DNA of 59,218 nt, filler included, from Ionaspis alba (GCA_964255285.1; 5 parts of 5 records of this genome joined end to end with filler, not necessarily neighbours in it); one strand, 5' to 3'. Shown: positions 23,851 to 37,582, counted from the first letter of the whole stretch. Numbers and translations: made by a program. Notes: a model not told the origin generated them from the sequence alone.

Positions 23851-25998
23851 CTAATAAGTTCTCTTGAAGGGCGGTACCGCCTTACACTCCGCCTCGTCCA
23901 AAGTGTGGCTGATGACAGCTCTGTATCCAAGATCGACCTTGCCCTGAGGCTTCTTCTGGAAGCTCAAAGTATGTTTCATCCAGTTTTTGTCGTCCCGATC
24001 AGGGAAGTCCTCTCTCGCGTGTGCCCCTCTGGATTCCTTACGATTGGCAGCCGACTCTGCAGTCTGCACAGCACAAGTCAACAGGTTGCGTAGCTCGAGT
24101 GACTCGACCAGATCACTGTTCCAGATCATGCTGCGGTCCTTGGTGCCTAAATCAACGAAAGACTTGTCTACTTCTCTGATCTTTTTGACACCCTCATCGA
24201 GCGATTCCTGAGTGCGGAAGACCGAGACATCAGTCTGCATGACCTTCTGCATCTTACTGCGGATGCTGTTGGTTGACTGAGAGCCGGAGGCAGTTCGAAC
24301 CTGGTCGAGGACACTGATGGTATCCGCACCAGCATCTGCTCGAATCTCCTTGTGTGGTTGGCCTGGCGTGAAGTTGTCGCGGACAGTGTGGGAGACGGCA
24401 CGACCAAAGACGATAAGATCCAAAAGAGAGTTAGCACCGAGACGATTGGCACCATGGACGGAGACGCAGGCTGCCTCGCCGCATGCAAAGAGACCGGGTA
24501 CGACATGATCCTTGCCTTCGGCATCAACGGTGATGACTTCTCCAGTGTACTTGGTTGGAATGCCTCCCATGTTGTAGTGAACAGTTGGTAATACGGGAAT
24601 AGGTTGCTTCCGTACGTCGACACCGGAGAAAATTGACGCTGTCTCGGAGATACCTGGCAGACGCTCGTGAAGAACCTCAGGAGGTAGATGGCTAAGTTGG
24701 AGATAGATGTGATCCTTGTCTGGTCCGACACCACGTCCCTCCCGGATCTCCATAGTCATGGATCGAGACACGACATCTCGACTGGCAAGATCCTTAGCTG
24801 TTGGTGCATATCTCTCCATAAACCGTTCGCCCTCCGAGTTCAAGAGGTATCCTCCTTCTCCTCGCGACCCCTCAGTGATCAAGCAGCCAGCACCATAGAT
24901 ACCTGTAGGATGGAATTGGACAAACTCAAGATCCTGGTTCGGTAATCCGGCACGTGCCACCATGGCCATTCCGTCACCTGTGCAGGTATGAGCCGAGGTA
25001 CAACTGAAATAAGCTCTTCCATATCCTCCGGTGGCCAGAACTGTGTTATGTGCACGGAATCGATGTAGAGTGCCATCCTCCTGGTTGTAGGCAATAACTC
25101 CTTTGCACTCCCCATCTTCCATAATCAAGTCCAGAGCAAAGTATTCAATAAAATAGTTCGTGTTGTGCCGTAACGATTGGCCGTAGAGGGTGTGAAGAAG
25201 GGCGTGACCTGTGCGATCTGCTGCTGCGCAACATCGATAAGCCTGACCACCTTTGCCGTACTTTTGGGACTGTCCTCCGAAAGCTCGTTGATAGCTACAG
25301 TTGTGTCAGTAACATTCCCCAATGGTATGGGAGTTTTAGCGATCGATACATCTTGCCGTCTTCCGTCCGCGAGAATGGACAACCGTAACTTTCCAATTCA
25401 ATGACACTCTGAGGTGCCTCCCGAGTCATGTAGTGGATAGCATCTTGATCACCCAGCCAGTCTGACCCTTTCACAGTGTCGTACATGTGCCATCTCCAGT
25501 CATCCTCATGCATGCTATAGAATATCAGTAAGTGCTTATTCAGACCGTGTAACGCCGCCCTTGCCGTACTTTCCGAGTGCAGCATTGATTCCTCCTTGAG
25601 CGGCCACCGTGTGACTTCTCGTGGGAAACAGCTTCGATATACAGGCAGTATTGAATCCAGCCTCAGCTAGACCAAATGCGGCTCGCAGACCAGATCCACC
25701 GGCGCCAACGACCAAAGCGTCATATTCATGGTCCTGTCCGTCAAGTCAGAAAAGGGTTTGACCTTCTACGATTGAGTACGTACGATGACGGGGTACTTGT
25801 GTGAGATGAAGGGAGAGGCTTCCTTTGCCCGAAGAGGCTGGTTGGCTATTATCCGTGCTGCTGGTCGTGTGGAAGAAAAGAGTCGTCTAGAAGCCTTCGA
25901 CAACTACCAAAGCTCGTTAGCAAATGCGACACTGAACATGGACTTATCATACACACTTTGGGGGCGGTCGCCAAATTGCGTAGGCAGACTGAACTCAT
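23851..25998 (-). CDS. SDH1: Succinate dehydrogenase flavoprotein subunit
   Basis: Mitochondrial presequence [93 protein letters not shown]; several introns. Confidence 0.97.
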
Positions 25999-26354
25999 TT
26001 TCGCAGTTACGAGAGTTGGAGGCGTTGTGTTGTGGATGAATGGAGGTGGAGGGGCGTCCGCTCGAGTATAATAATGAACTACGGATGGTGAGATAATCGG
26101 CGCTAATAACGGCCGAGGTCATTCCAACCAATCAAAGGGGCCTCAATGCAAAGATCCAAGCATGGGATCTGCTTTCACCATCATTTCCACATCATGAATC
26201 AAACGCTTTGCAGCAATAGTACAATTCGAGGACTAGTAACGCTCAAAATGCTGTCAAGTCCCGGCCCCCGCCCTCGGGGCTTTCTATTATACCTGCCAGT
26301 ACGCCGGCTATGGTACACCTGTGCTGAATTCCATGCGAATGCGCCGGGATTCAT

Positions 26355-27839
26355 CTAATTATATTGCATATAACTAGCCGTCGAGTTGAATTTCAAGTTC
26401 CCCTTTATGACCTTGTCAACAGCAGCCAAGAAGTCCTTCTCAGTTGCAACCTTTCTCCTCGCGCGGATCGCAAACATGCCAGCTTCTGTAGCCACACTTC
26501 TTAATTCCGCACCCGTACTATTTGGACATAATCGCGAGATCAACTCCCAACGGATATCTCGCTCGACAGACATGCTCTTGGCGTGGATACGGAGGATGTT
26601 GGCTCTTCCCTCCAGATCTGGCAGTGAGAACTCAATCTTTCGGTCGATACGACCAGGCCGCATCAGTGCAGGATCCAAAGTAGAAGGTCGGTTGGTTGCA
26701 AACATGACTTTGATATTGCCTCGAGAATCAAAGCCGTCGAGTTGGGTGATGAGTTCCAGCATAGTCCGCTGGACTTCGTTGTCTCCTCCCGCCCCGTCAT
26801 CGAACCGGGCACCACCAATAGCATCGATTTCGTCGAAGAAAATAATGCACGCTTTCTTTGTCCTAGCCATCTCGAACAGCTCCCGAACCATCCTCGCGCC
26901 TTCTCCGACATATTTCTGAACTAGTTCGGAGCCGATGACTCGGATGAAGGTCGCATCTGTCCGGTTGGCAACAGCTCGAGCGCAGAGAGTCTTTCCTGTT
27001 CCAGGAGGGCCGTAGAGGAGAGCACCTTTTGGAGGATCGATCCCAAGGCTGACGAAGCGTTCTGGGGAGAGAAGGGGCATCTCGACGACTTCCCGGAGCT
27101 TTTCGATCTGCTCTTTGCAGCCACCAACGTCGCCATACGTAACATCAGGTTTATCTTCGACGGTCATCATAGTGACCGATGGATCGATCTTTGGAGGGAG
27201 TGGGAGGAGGATCTCGTATTTGTTTCTGTCGACACTGCCTAGAGTATCAGTAATATTACATGCAAAGTCACACTCCAGAGAGCCTACCCGACGCGCATGC
27301 CTTCTTCAATATCGGTTGGACTGACTCGTTCCCCGAGCTTGACCACAAATTTGGCAATCTGCTTGACATTGATGACATATTTGCTCTTTTCTGAGTCCTT
27401 CTCGTCCTGTATTATCTTCGTACAGCGGGCGACTTGTAGAGGGTGGTCTTCAGACATTCGTTGTCGGTCAGCAGCAATATCCCATAGATGTGGAGGTGCG
27501 AGGCCAGTATCCGATTCCTAGCAGATGTGAGTGTTTTTAGAGAGCCATGATAGTAGAAGGCATACCTTGACGCCTAAGACAAGTGTTAGTTGACCGCTCA
27601 GAGTTTTAAGACTAAGGGATTGGATGGGCTGACGAACCTATCTTCTCGTTGACACTCGCTTGCTTCTCTTTTATCTCCTTCTCTAGTCGCTTAAGAGCTG
27701 CAGCATACGGAGCAGCGCCGTAGGTCTTTAGCACTTGTATGTCTTCATCTGTGAGAGGCGTGATCTTCTTCTCCGGCTCCTCGTCATCAGCGAACTCTTT
27801 CTTGTATTTTTCCCAATTTTGCCCTGTTGCACTAGGCAT
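26355..27839 (-). CDS. RPT1: 26S proteasome regulatory AAA ATPase subunit 7
   Basis: [12 protein letters not shown]...[26 protein letters not shown], Walker A GPPGTGKT, Walker [22 protein letters not shown]; ends YMQYN. Confidence 0.97.
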
Positions 27840-28092
27840 ATTGAAAGATTTGCGAGGGCGTGTTCGTGACGGGAGGACGTAGCGTCGTGGTAACTTGTCT
27901 GAGAGTGATGCAGGTTGACTCTTGTTTTGATGATGGTGACGGAGCTTGTTACATTCGAGGGCTTNNNNNNNNNNNNNNNNNNNNNNNNNNNNNNNNNNNN
28001 NNNNNNNNNNNNNNNNNNNNNNNNNNNNNNNNNNNNNNNNNNNNNNNNNNNNNNNNNNNNNNNNGTCGAACTTTGAGCTGAAACATAGCCAG

Positions 28093-30016
28093 GACAAGGA
28101 AAAGCCGATGGCAGTTCGGAATGCCAACATCATGGCTGCCCGAGGTATGCTACTACAGCTCAGATAGAACCGGTTCCCCAAGCTAATAATCCGCACCAGC
28201 GGTTGCCGATGCCATAAGAACAGTGAGCTGTTACAGCACTTCAGCTAGGGTGCGGCATACTGACAAGTTTGATGATAGTCGCTAGGACCGAGGGGAATGG
28301 ATAAAATGGTACATACTTCTTCTAGCCTTTATGATTTCCGCTCTCATAGTGATACAGATACAAACAGGCAAGGGCCAAACAATCATAGTTAGTCCTCAGG
28401 AGAAGGGGGACCGCAGATCCTAATATCCACTAGACAAATGACGGTAACACGATGTTGAAAGACATGAGCGTGATGCACCCAGCGGCGAAGATGCTAGTGG
28501 ATCTTAGTGCCGCTCAAGATGTGGAAGCTGGAGACGGGACAACCTCGGTCGTGGTGATTGCGGGAAGTCTACTAGGTGCCGCAGATCGATTATTAGCTAA
28601 AGGTAGGTCGATCGCTGGCAGTGTGCAAGAAACTGTATTGAAAAATCACAGGCATACATCCCACCATCATCTCAGAATCCTTTCAACGAGCAGCAGCCGC
28701 AGCTGTTCAAGTACTGCACGACATGTCAATTCCCATTTCCCTCTCCGATCGCACCACTCTCCTCCAAGCTGCCTCTACATCACTCTCATCCAAGATCGTC
28801 TCTCAGCACTCAAATCTTCTCGGACCCATGGCCGTCGATGCTGTTCTAAAAACCATAGATCAAAAGACGGCAGACAATGTCGATCTCAAAAATATAAGGA
28901 TCATCAAGAAGGTTGGCGGTACGATAGAGGATAGCGAGATGGTGGACGGGCTCGTGCTCAACCAACCGGTAGTAAAGAGTGGTGGCGGACCTGCGAGAAT
29001 GGAAAAGGCGCGAATAGGTCTCATACAGTTCCAGCTTAGTCCTCCGAAGCCTGATGTACGCCCTCAACTTAGTCACAAAGCTCTATGTGTACTGACGCTG
29101 CATAGATGGAGAACCAAATAGTAGTCAACGACTACAGACAAATGGACAAGATCTTGAAGGAAGAACGGAAATACCTCCTTGACATTGTCAAAAAGATTAA
29201 GAAGGCAAAATGCAATGTCCTCCTCATACAAAAGTCTATTCTTAGAGATGCCGTCAACGACCTCAGCCTCCATTTCCTAGCCAAACTCAACATCCTCGCA
29301 GTCAAAGATATCGAGCGTGATGAGGTAGAATTCATCTGCAAGGTATGGTTGTTGGCTGATCTGCATACGCACATCTAAAGTTCGTCGGCTAAAAGCTCGC
29401 TTAGTCCACTGGTTGCAAACCAATAGCCGACATCGATTCTTTCACCGAGGACAAGCTTGGATCTGCCGAACTCCTCGAAGAAGTTCAATCCTCGGGTGCC
29501 CGCATAGTCAAAGTGACCGGTGTCACCCACAAGTCCGCTGGACAAACAGTCTCCATCGTCTGCCGTGGCGCAAATAATCTCATTCTTGACGAAGCTGAGA
29601 GAAGCTTACATGATGCACTTTGTGTGATAAGATGCCTAGTCAAGAAGAGGGCGCTGATTGCTGGTGGAGGAGCCCCCGAGATTGCTATTGCCCAATCGTT
29701 GAGTCGCAAATCACAAAGTCAGACGGGGATGGAAGCTATATGTTGGAAGGCTTTCGCGGACGCCATGGAGGTTATCCCTACCACGTTGGCGGAGAACGCA
29801 GGACTGAACAGCATCAAAGTCGTGACTGATCTACGGCATAGGCATGAGTATGGGGAGAAGAATGCTGGTGTCAGCATACGGAGTGGCGGGGTGAAGAGCA
29901 ACATTGCGGACGAAAATGTGCTTCAGCCCTTGCTCGTGAGCACGAGCGCCGTCGAACTTGCGGCCGAGACGGTGAAGATGTTGCTCCGCATAGATGATAT
30001 TTGCTTATCGCGGTAA
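28093..30016 (+). CDS. CCT4: Chaperonin CCT/TRiC subunit delta (start lies in N gap)
   Basis: [82 protein letters not shown] and [12 protein letters not shown]. Confidence 0.95.
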
Positions 30017-30450
30017 TCTACATAGACGCAGAGGTCTCAATGATAGTCGAAATGGATGGTCTGGTCTGTGCCTTGCTAGATTCGAGTAATGACTAAATCA
30101 TGTTGACTTGATTTGTCCTTGCGGCCTAAATAGGCTAGCTTCAGGTTTCGCGTTCGAGCGAAGACTTTACTCAAAGGTGCTTCGGTTGGATGTAAACGGT
30201 TGACTGTGAATATCAACGACAGTTGATATTATCCAAAAGTAAGAAGTGCAAATTGTATGAGGAATCAGTTGCCGGTAGTCGGGCAGATCTCCGATGCGGC
30301 GCCGCAGGGGCCGGTTCGTCGTTCAAAGGCCACCTTTCCGCTTCGGGTCAGCCCTATGTACTCGTGGCGTCTCAGCCTGGCTGAATTGTCAGAGCTCCAT
30401 CCTCCTTCTCATCGCGAAGGCTGCTCGCCATGCAGCTCACATCACCGGCA

Positions 30451-33400
30451 ATGATGAGATGGCTACCTCTCGTTATATTGTTCTCGTTTTGGTGTGTCCA
30501 CGCAAAGAAGGACGGCGGTCCCCGGATAACGCCAACAGAGTTCGACACGCCCCCTACAAATCTTCAGTATTTTAACGACACTGATATCATTTTGATACAA
30601 GAGAGGGAACGAGGTCTTGTGTGGAGGTCAGAGAATGGGGGTGAGAAATGGGAGAAGATCGACGAGATTGATCAAGCTTCAGATGTTTTTATGCACCCTT
30701 TCGATAATCAGATTGCCTACGCTTTGAGTCGGAAAAGCAAGCATTGGGTCAGCAACGACCAGGGCAAGACATGGATTCCCTTCACGACAGGGACCGCTTC
30801 TCCTACTGAGTTCCGACTGCCTTTCAGCTTTCACGCTGGCGACAGCCAGAAAGTTCTGCTCAATGCTCAGAAATGCATGGGACTGTCGTGCAAAGAATCG
30901 ACATACTACACTACAGATGGCTTCAAAACCACGAAGAAGCTACGTGACGACACAAGGGGATGTTACTTTGCTCATTCCACACCTTTGTTCGAAGCGGCCG
31001 AGGACAAGGACGACAGCCGGATTTTTTGCGTTGCAAGAGGTCGTTATTCGTCAAGGATGACGGAAAACCGCCTTGTCACGTCTGACAAATACTTTCAAGA
31101 TGGAGACGAACACGAACCACCTTTGGAACAAGGTCGAACGGTTCAAGGCATCATAAATGTGGCTGTCGTGAAACGCTTCTTGGTTACTGCTGCCAAAGCA
31201 GAGGGCACAAGCGAACTCGCTTTATATGTTACAGATGACGCTAAGGAATGGCACAGAGCAGAGTTCCCTAATAACCACAAGCTTGAAGAAAATGCCTACA
31301 CGATATTGGAATCTACAAGTTACGGTATCCAGATGGATGTCATGACCACAAAGCCAAGTTCTGCTATGGGAGTCCTTTTCAGTAGTAACTCGAACGGCAC
31401 ATACTTCTCCGAAATGATACGGCATACCAATCGGAACTTTATGGGCATCGTTGATTTCGAGAAAATGCAGAACATTCAGGGGATAGTCTTCGTCAACGTT
31501 GTTGACAATTGGGAGGAAGTGGAGCGCACAGACTTGGACAGAAAGAGGATCAAAAGTAAGATCAGTTTCGATGACGGGCGTACTTTCAAAGATCTTACCT
31601 CAGGGGATGAGAAAATTCATCTTCACTCGGTCACGGATATGTCCAATAGTGGGAAAGTCTTCTCAAGTCCGGCTCCCGGACTCGCTATGGGAATTGGGAA
31701 TACAGGGGATTTTCTCAAGCCATACAACGAAGGCGACTTATATGTCTCGGATGATGCAGGTCTGACGTGGAGAAAAGCTCTCTCCGAAGCGCATAAGTAT
31801 GAGTTTGGTGATCAAGGCTCTGTCCTCCTAGCTATCTACGACGAGGGACCGACGAAAGAGATCGCCTGGTCCATTGACCACGGGGGGAATTGGACGAAGA
31901 CAGATCTTGGGGATGAAGTCCGTGCCAAGATCCTGACAACGACTACAGATTCAACGAGCCTCAAGTTTGCCCTGATTGCTTCGGTAGGCGGTGGTTCTAA
32001 AACAAAACACTACGTTTACTCTATTGATTTCGACGGGCTTCACGAGCGCAAATGTGAAAAGGGCGATTTTGAAAAGTGGTGTGCTCGTTACGACGACAAA
32101 GGCAACCCGGACTGCCTCATGGGGCACAAGCAATATTACAAGCGGCGGAAAGCTGACGCCGACTGTTTTGTGGAATCGGAATTCAAAGACCCTGAGATCG
32201 AGTATGAAGTATGCAAATGCAGCAAAGAGGACTTCGAATGTGATTACAATTTTGTCAAGGACGAAGATGGAAATTGTATTCCTCAGGTTGCACTTTCTGT
32301 ACCGGAAGGGTCTTGCAAAGAAAACGAGAAGACGTTCAAAGGAAGCTCGGGTCTACGACTTATACCCGGGAATGTTTGCAAGGACGGTCTTGAACTTGAC
32401 AAAGAAACAGTGGAGCGGCCCTGCAGAGAGACTGTCAAGAAGCCCAGCAACGGAAAGGTTGGCCACGAGCTTTCCAGATTCAAAGCAAAGGGATTCAAGA
32501 GATATTACTACATGGAGCGAACGACAACCAGCACAGGCGATGACGAAACAATTATGATGCTTACTGTGGACAACAAGGTGTATATGACTAAGGACCACGG
32601 GAAGGTCTGGAAGGAAATAAAGGATTTTAAGGGCGAGGTCATCCTTACTATTATTCCTCATCAGTATTTCAACGACATAATGTTCTTCCTTACTTCCGGT
32701 AAGAAGGTGTTTTATACAGTCAACCGCGGTGAGACGTTCGATAGCTTCGAAGCGCCCCACCCACCCAACGTGCAGGAGCTCCCTGTCCTAGGTTTCCACC
32801 AGGACTACAAAGATTGGCTCATCTGGACAGGAGCTGTTGATTGTGCTTCGAATAAGAGATGTCACTCTGAAGCATCATACTCTACGAGTCGTGGCGCTCA
32901 GTGGACCACGATGTTACGCTATGTCAGGAAATGCGAGTTTATCAAGAAGGATGGTCGCGGGGATAGCGAGCAGTTGGTGTATTGTGAGCAACGAAAGGAT
33001 GAAAAGCCAGACGGGCAACTACGGCTGTTATCTAGCGACAACTGGTTCGCCGATGAAGAGCCGCACTTCGACGATATCTTGACGTTCGCAACTATGGCAG
33101 AATTCATAATAGTCGCGAACAAGAACCCTGACGGTACGCTCAAAGTTGATACCAGCGTTGACGGTCAGACCTTCGCCGATGCAGAGTTTCCCAAGAACTT
33201 CAATGTGCCGAATCAACGGGCCTACACCGTCCTAGACAGCTCTACTCATGCCGTGTTTCTACATGTGACGGTCGGTGACAACAAAGACTTCGAGTATGGC
33301 AAGCTCATGAAGAGTAACAGCAATGGTACATCTTATGTCCATAGTATTGGAGCAGTCAACCGGAATCGTGCTGGATATGTCGATTTTGAGAAAATGCAAG

Positions 33401-34916
33401 GTCTGGAGGGGGTGGCGTTGCTCAATGTCGTTGAAAACCTCGATGATGAACCCGAGCGTAAAGCTAAAAAGCTGAGGACTATGATCACCCACAATGATGG
33501 CGGAGAGTGGGCCACTTTACCAGCCCCTAGTTTCGATGCTGAAGGGAATGACTACGGATGTGATCCTGCTGACAAAGAGAGGTGCTCTCTGCATCTTCAT
33601 GGATACACGGAGCGAAGAGACCCTCGGCATACGTTCTCCTCTCCGTCGGCAGTCGGATTGATGATGGGCGTTGGTAATGTAGGTGAATTTCTAACGGACA
33701 GAACAGAAGGCGATACCTTTATCACTCGTGATGGTGGTATTACTTGGGTGTCTGTCAAGAAAGGTAGCTACATGTGGGAGTACGGCGACCAAGGCTCCAT
33801 CATTGTCATTGTTGAGGATGGCAAAACTAGGGTCACAACGAATCATGTTTTCTATTCCCTGGACGAAGGCGAACACTGGGAAGAATATGTCTTCTCCGAA
33901 TCGCCCATGTTCATTGACGATCTTACCACTGTACCATCTGATAACTCCCAAAACTTTCTGCTCTGGGGATCAGAACCTAGTAACAGCAAAGAGATCATAA
34001 CAATCAACCTGGACTTCACCGGTTTGAGGGATCGGAAATGTGTACTGAACGAAGAAGACCCGGAAGGCCCCAAGAGTGACTACACACTTTGGGAACCAAG
34101 ACATCCGCTTCAAAAGGACAACTGTCTCTTCGGCCACATCATGCAGTATCATCGAAAGAAGCCTGAAGCTAACTGTTTTAACGGACGAATGATCCATCGC
34201 CTTCATGACATCGCTCGGAACTGCAGTTGCACTAGGCAGGACTTTGAATGGTATACCCTCAATCCGTCCCTCCTTTCGCCAATATCCGATTGTACTGACT
34301 ATTGTCTCGCAGTGACTATAACTATGAGATCCAGTCTGACGGAGAATGCCGCCTCGTACCCGGCCTCCAACCCCTCGACCATTCGCAGGTTTGCAAGGAC
34401 GACCCCAAAAGAGTGTCCTATTTCGAGCCTACAGGCTACCGGCGCATTCCCCTGACAACCTGCCATGAAGGTCGCGAGCTTGAACTTACGGGCGAAGATC
34501 ACGTCTGCCCAGGTCATGAGAAGCAGTACGAGGAAGAGCATAGAGGTCTTAGTGGCTTCTGGTTCTTCGTTGTGGTCATATTGTTACCGATCGCTGCCGC
34601 GAGTGGCATTGGTTACTGGGTCTGGAGGAATTGGGATGGGAATATCGGACGCATTCGTCTCGGAGACGGTACCAGTGCTTTTGATGCCGATAGACCTTGG
34701 GTCCAGTATCCGGTTCTAGCCTTGTCGGCGATCGTGGCCGTCGTCGCCGCTATCCCCTTACTCGTCACTTCATTGTGGAGGAGTGTTAGCGGCTTGTTTG
34801 GGGGTGGCCGCAGGTACACCACCCGGCAAAGCTTTGCGAGAGGCAGAGGTGACTACGCAGTCGTGGACCCAGATGAAGACGAGCTTCTTGGGGATGACGA
34901 GGAGGAGGATGTATAG
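30451..34916 (+). CDS. VPS10: Vacuolar protein sorting receptor Vps10/Pep1
   Basis: Signal peptide, two Vps10 domains with BNR/Asp-box repeats (SxDxGxTW) and Cys-rich modules, intron about 34251-34311, one transmembrane segment, acidic cytosolic tail with YAVV and DELL motifs. Confidence 0.96.
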
Positions 34917-35200
34917 TGTATAGGTCGGGGCGTTTCATTGTTGGGCTCTTAGCGGGGGGTATCATTATGGGTTGAGCCTGCGGGTTCCTGAGCGGTAGAT
35001 TGTTCATAACTGGGCATTTCATGGGGGAATCTTCATTATGTAAACCAAGCTATTATATCTTATTCATAAAAATTACTGGACGTAAATGAGTCTGAGTTGT
35101 TTGTGATCCACGGAGTTTTCAATGCAATAACTTCGTCTACGGTCGAGTATCAACCCCTCCACCCCACTCTCTTCCAAACTTTCTAAACACTTCATAAATA

Positions 35201-35535
35201 ATGGCAGAATCCTCAGAACCCAGTACAGCGCCCGCTGGACCTACTGAGCCTCAAGGTAGACATGTGATCTACTGTGGTAGTATGTTGTGGTCCTGAGAAT
35301 ATCCAGCTCATGATTTAAGACCTCAAGCTAACACGGATGTTCCACAGTCTGCTCCCTTCCTCCTGAGGTACGCCTATCCTTACCGCCCCTTCTTCAATCA
35401 CACCAGCTAAGAGAGGGCCAATAGGCTGATAAGTGCCTTCCTCGACGATAGTACTGCGAATTCGGTGGCACGGTGAAGAAATGCGAGGAATGGCTTGAGA
35501 AAAATCACAAGGAGATGCATGACCGCTTATATTCC
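35201..35535 (+). CDS. TMA22: Translation machinery-associated protein 22 (DENR homologue), 5' part
   Basis: Absent from the ORF track. Three short exons splice to MAESSEP...RHVIYCGI|CSLPPE|YCEFGGTVKKCEEWLEKNHKEMHDRLYS, the DENR zinc-binding N-terminus. Truncated by the scaffold end. Confidence 0.9.
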
Positions 35536-35635
35536 NNNNNNNNNNNNNNNNNNNNNNNNNNNNNNNNNNNNNNNNNNNNTTAATTAATTAANNNNNNNNN
35601 NNNNNNNNNNNNNNNNNNNNNNNNNNNNNNNNNNN
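35536..35635. other. Artificial scaffold-joining linker
   Basis: N44-TTAATTAATTAA-N44. Confidence 0.97.
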
Positions 35636-36436
35636 CATACTGATTCTTCGTGCGTTCTCGAAATGCCGAATCATCGCACTTCTCAGATCCACCTTTTTCA
35701 TATTGCTCTCGTTTCTCTGCAACGCTGCTGCGGACATACTCCAGGTATGGCGGATTACCAGGCTTGATCACGTTATCAGCCGCAAGGACCGAGCCAGGCG
35801 TGATCAGACCAAGGTGCTCGCAAAGTTTCAAATCCGAAGTATAAGCAGGCTTGTAATGATCCAGAAACATCAGATCGATATGTTTCACCGTTCCATCGGC
35901 ATGCAATCGTTTGATCGACTCTGCGCTGGAGCCGACTACAACTTTGACGACATCACTGAGCCCGGCCAGATCCGCCAATGACATGATGACAGCGGCGAAC
36001 TCGGGATTCCGCTCCAGACTGAAGTACATCTTGCCCCCAGCCTTGCGTACAGCGTCTCCGAAGAGAAGAGCAGAATACCCCACATACCCGCCCAATTCCA
36101 CCATGGTTTCCGGCTTGACCTCTTGGATGAGGTCGGTGACGATTCGGCCCTTATCGTCTCCGACATTCATGAGGTATTTCTGGCTTCGCGCATACTCGTC
36201 AACTGCCTGGAGCACCTTGAGGGGAGATCCCCTGATGTCTGCTATCGAGGGATGGCCGTAGACGAAGTGGAGGAGCTCAATCTCACGACCATCATCGAAC
36301 TATTGAGCAATCAGACCAGGTCTTGTCTCAAAAGCATGGGATTACTCACGAAAGTCTCTCCTTCCTTTTCCTGTGCAACGTATGCCTTTTTTTCATCGAA
36401 CTTGGGTTCGTGGCTGCCGTTCTGGAATTGAGCCAT
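35636..36436 (-). CDS. mysB: SAM-dependent O-methyltransferase (catechol-OMT family), MysB-equivalent; 3' end truncated
   Basis: MAQFQNGSHEPK...GETF|FDDGREIELLHFVY, KYLMNVGDDKGRIV, MVELGGYVGYSA, LMFLDHYKPAYTSDLKLCE, ADNVIKPGNPPY. Divergent from the DDG synthase gene. Confidence 0.88.
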
Positions 36437-37509
36437 TGTCGAGTCGGGCATATCCATGTTTATATTCGGTGAAGCCAGTTACTTTTGTCAATCACTGTTT
36501 CTATTCTTGTCGTTCTTTTTGGCAAGCTGGACTTTTCATTGTGGCCATTTGGCCGCGGTTGAACCATTACACACGGTGGTGGTGACTAAGGTGTGCAGGT
36601 TGTCCGGATGACGACATATGCCATTCCGGCTTCGACTGTATGGGCGGTTGCGTGGACTTAGAGCGTCCGGCCAAACAGTGGTGATTGTTGTTACGTTGTG
36701 CCTGCAGTGCTCTGGCCACCATTTGCACTTTCCCCCGCCATCTTCACAAGATTTTATTTTCCTCGATTCCTTGGTGGGGCAGTCCCGATTCCTTTGCGCA
36801 GATCATGTCATCGACCCCCTGGACCCGAGGAGACCCTTGATTATGCAAGGGCTGATACCCCGCACTTAGACTGATCGGGCTTAGACTTGGCGAAAACTCA
36901 ATCTGGTGATGGTGTGCATGGAGCTGCACGTCCGACTTGCAGACGTGGTGCAGGAATCTATGAGTTCATCATTGGCAGCTGCCAGCCGGAATCTGGCGCA
37001 CAAGAAGGACCAGACGGCGAGAGAGAGAATTTGCATGCATCGCTAGTACTCTAATGTCGTGCCACGGTTTCCACGGATGGGTTTTCGTGAAGCTCTGCGC
37101 TTATGTCGACAATGAGACGTCATGACTTCTTGCATTGGTGCATCGGATATTGACTTACGGGATTCATCCACAATGATGGGTTTGGCGACTAGGTATTCTT
37201 GGTGAATTTACCCGTGCCAGGCCATACAGGAGCCAGTCAAGGTACCTAAACGGCGTTACACGACAATCGCGCGTACGCTGTCGCCTGTCCTGTTGTCTTT
37301 GCTACCTTCGCTATGGCAGTTTCAGGCTGGCGAAGAGGTCTAGAAGGCGGGCCAAATTCGTTCACGGTAGCCTCTATGCGTCATTTCTTCTCCCTGTGCA
37401 GGTTTGGAANNNNNNNNNNNNNNNNNNNNNNNNNNNNNNNNNNNNNNNNNNNNNNNNNNNNNNNNNNNNNNNNNNNNNNNNNNNNNNNNNNNNNNNNNNN
37501 NNNNNNNNN

Positions 37510-37582
37510 GGTCGATCAAGATCGACCGGTGGCACACAACCTAATCTATCCGAGATCTGGTTTTAGGGCTCCAGAGATCTGA
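37510..37582. promoter_or_regulatory. Candidate GATC-type element (inverted repeat GGTCGATC-AA-GATCGACC plus two AGATCT sites) in the OMT/DDGS divergent promoter
   Basis: Perfect 8-bp inverted repeat at 37510-37527 containing GATCGA on both strands. Function is inferred only. Confidence 0.3.

Noticed and set aside
27612..28196. 194-aa ORF and other ORFs reading through N runs (20627-21511, the tail of 40667-42259)
   Set aside because: They are artefacts of translating across gaps; only the parts matching real genes were kept.
35201..36436. TMA22 and VPS10 as neighbours or members of the mycosporine cluster
   Set aside because: They are separated from it by an artificial linker.
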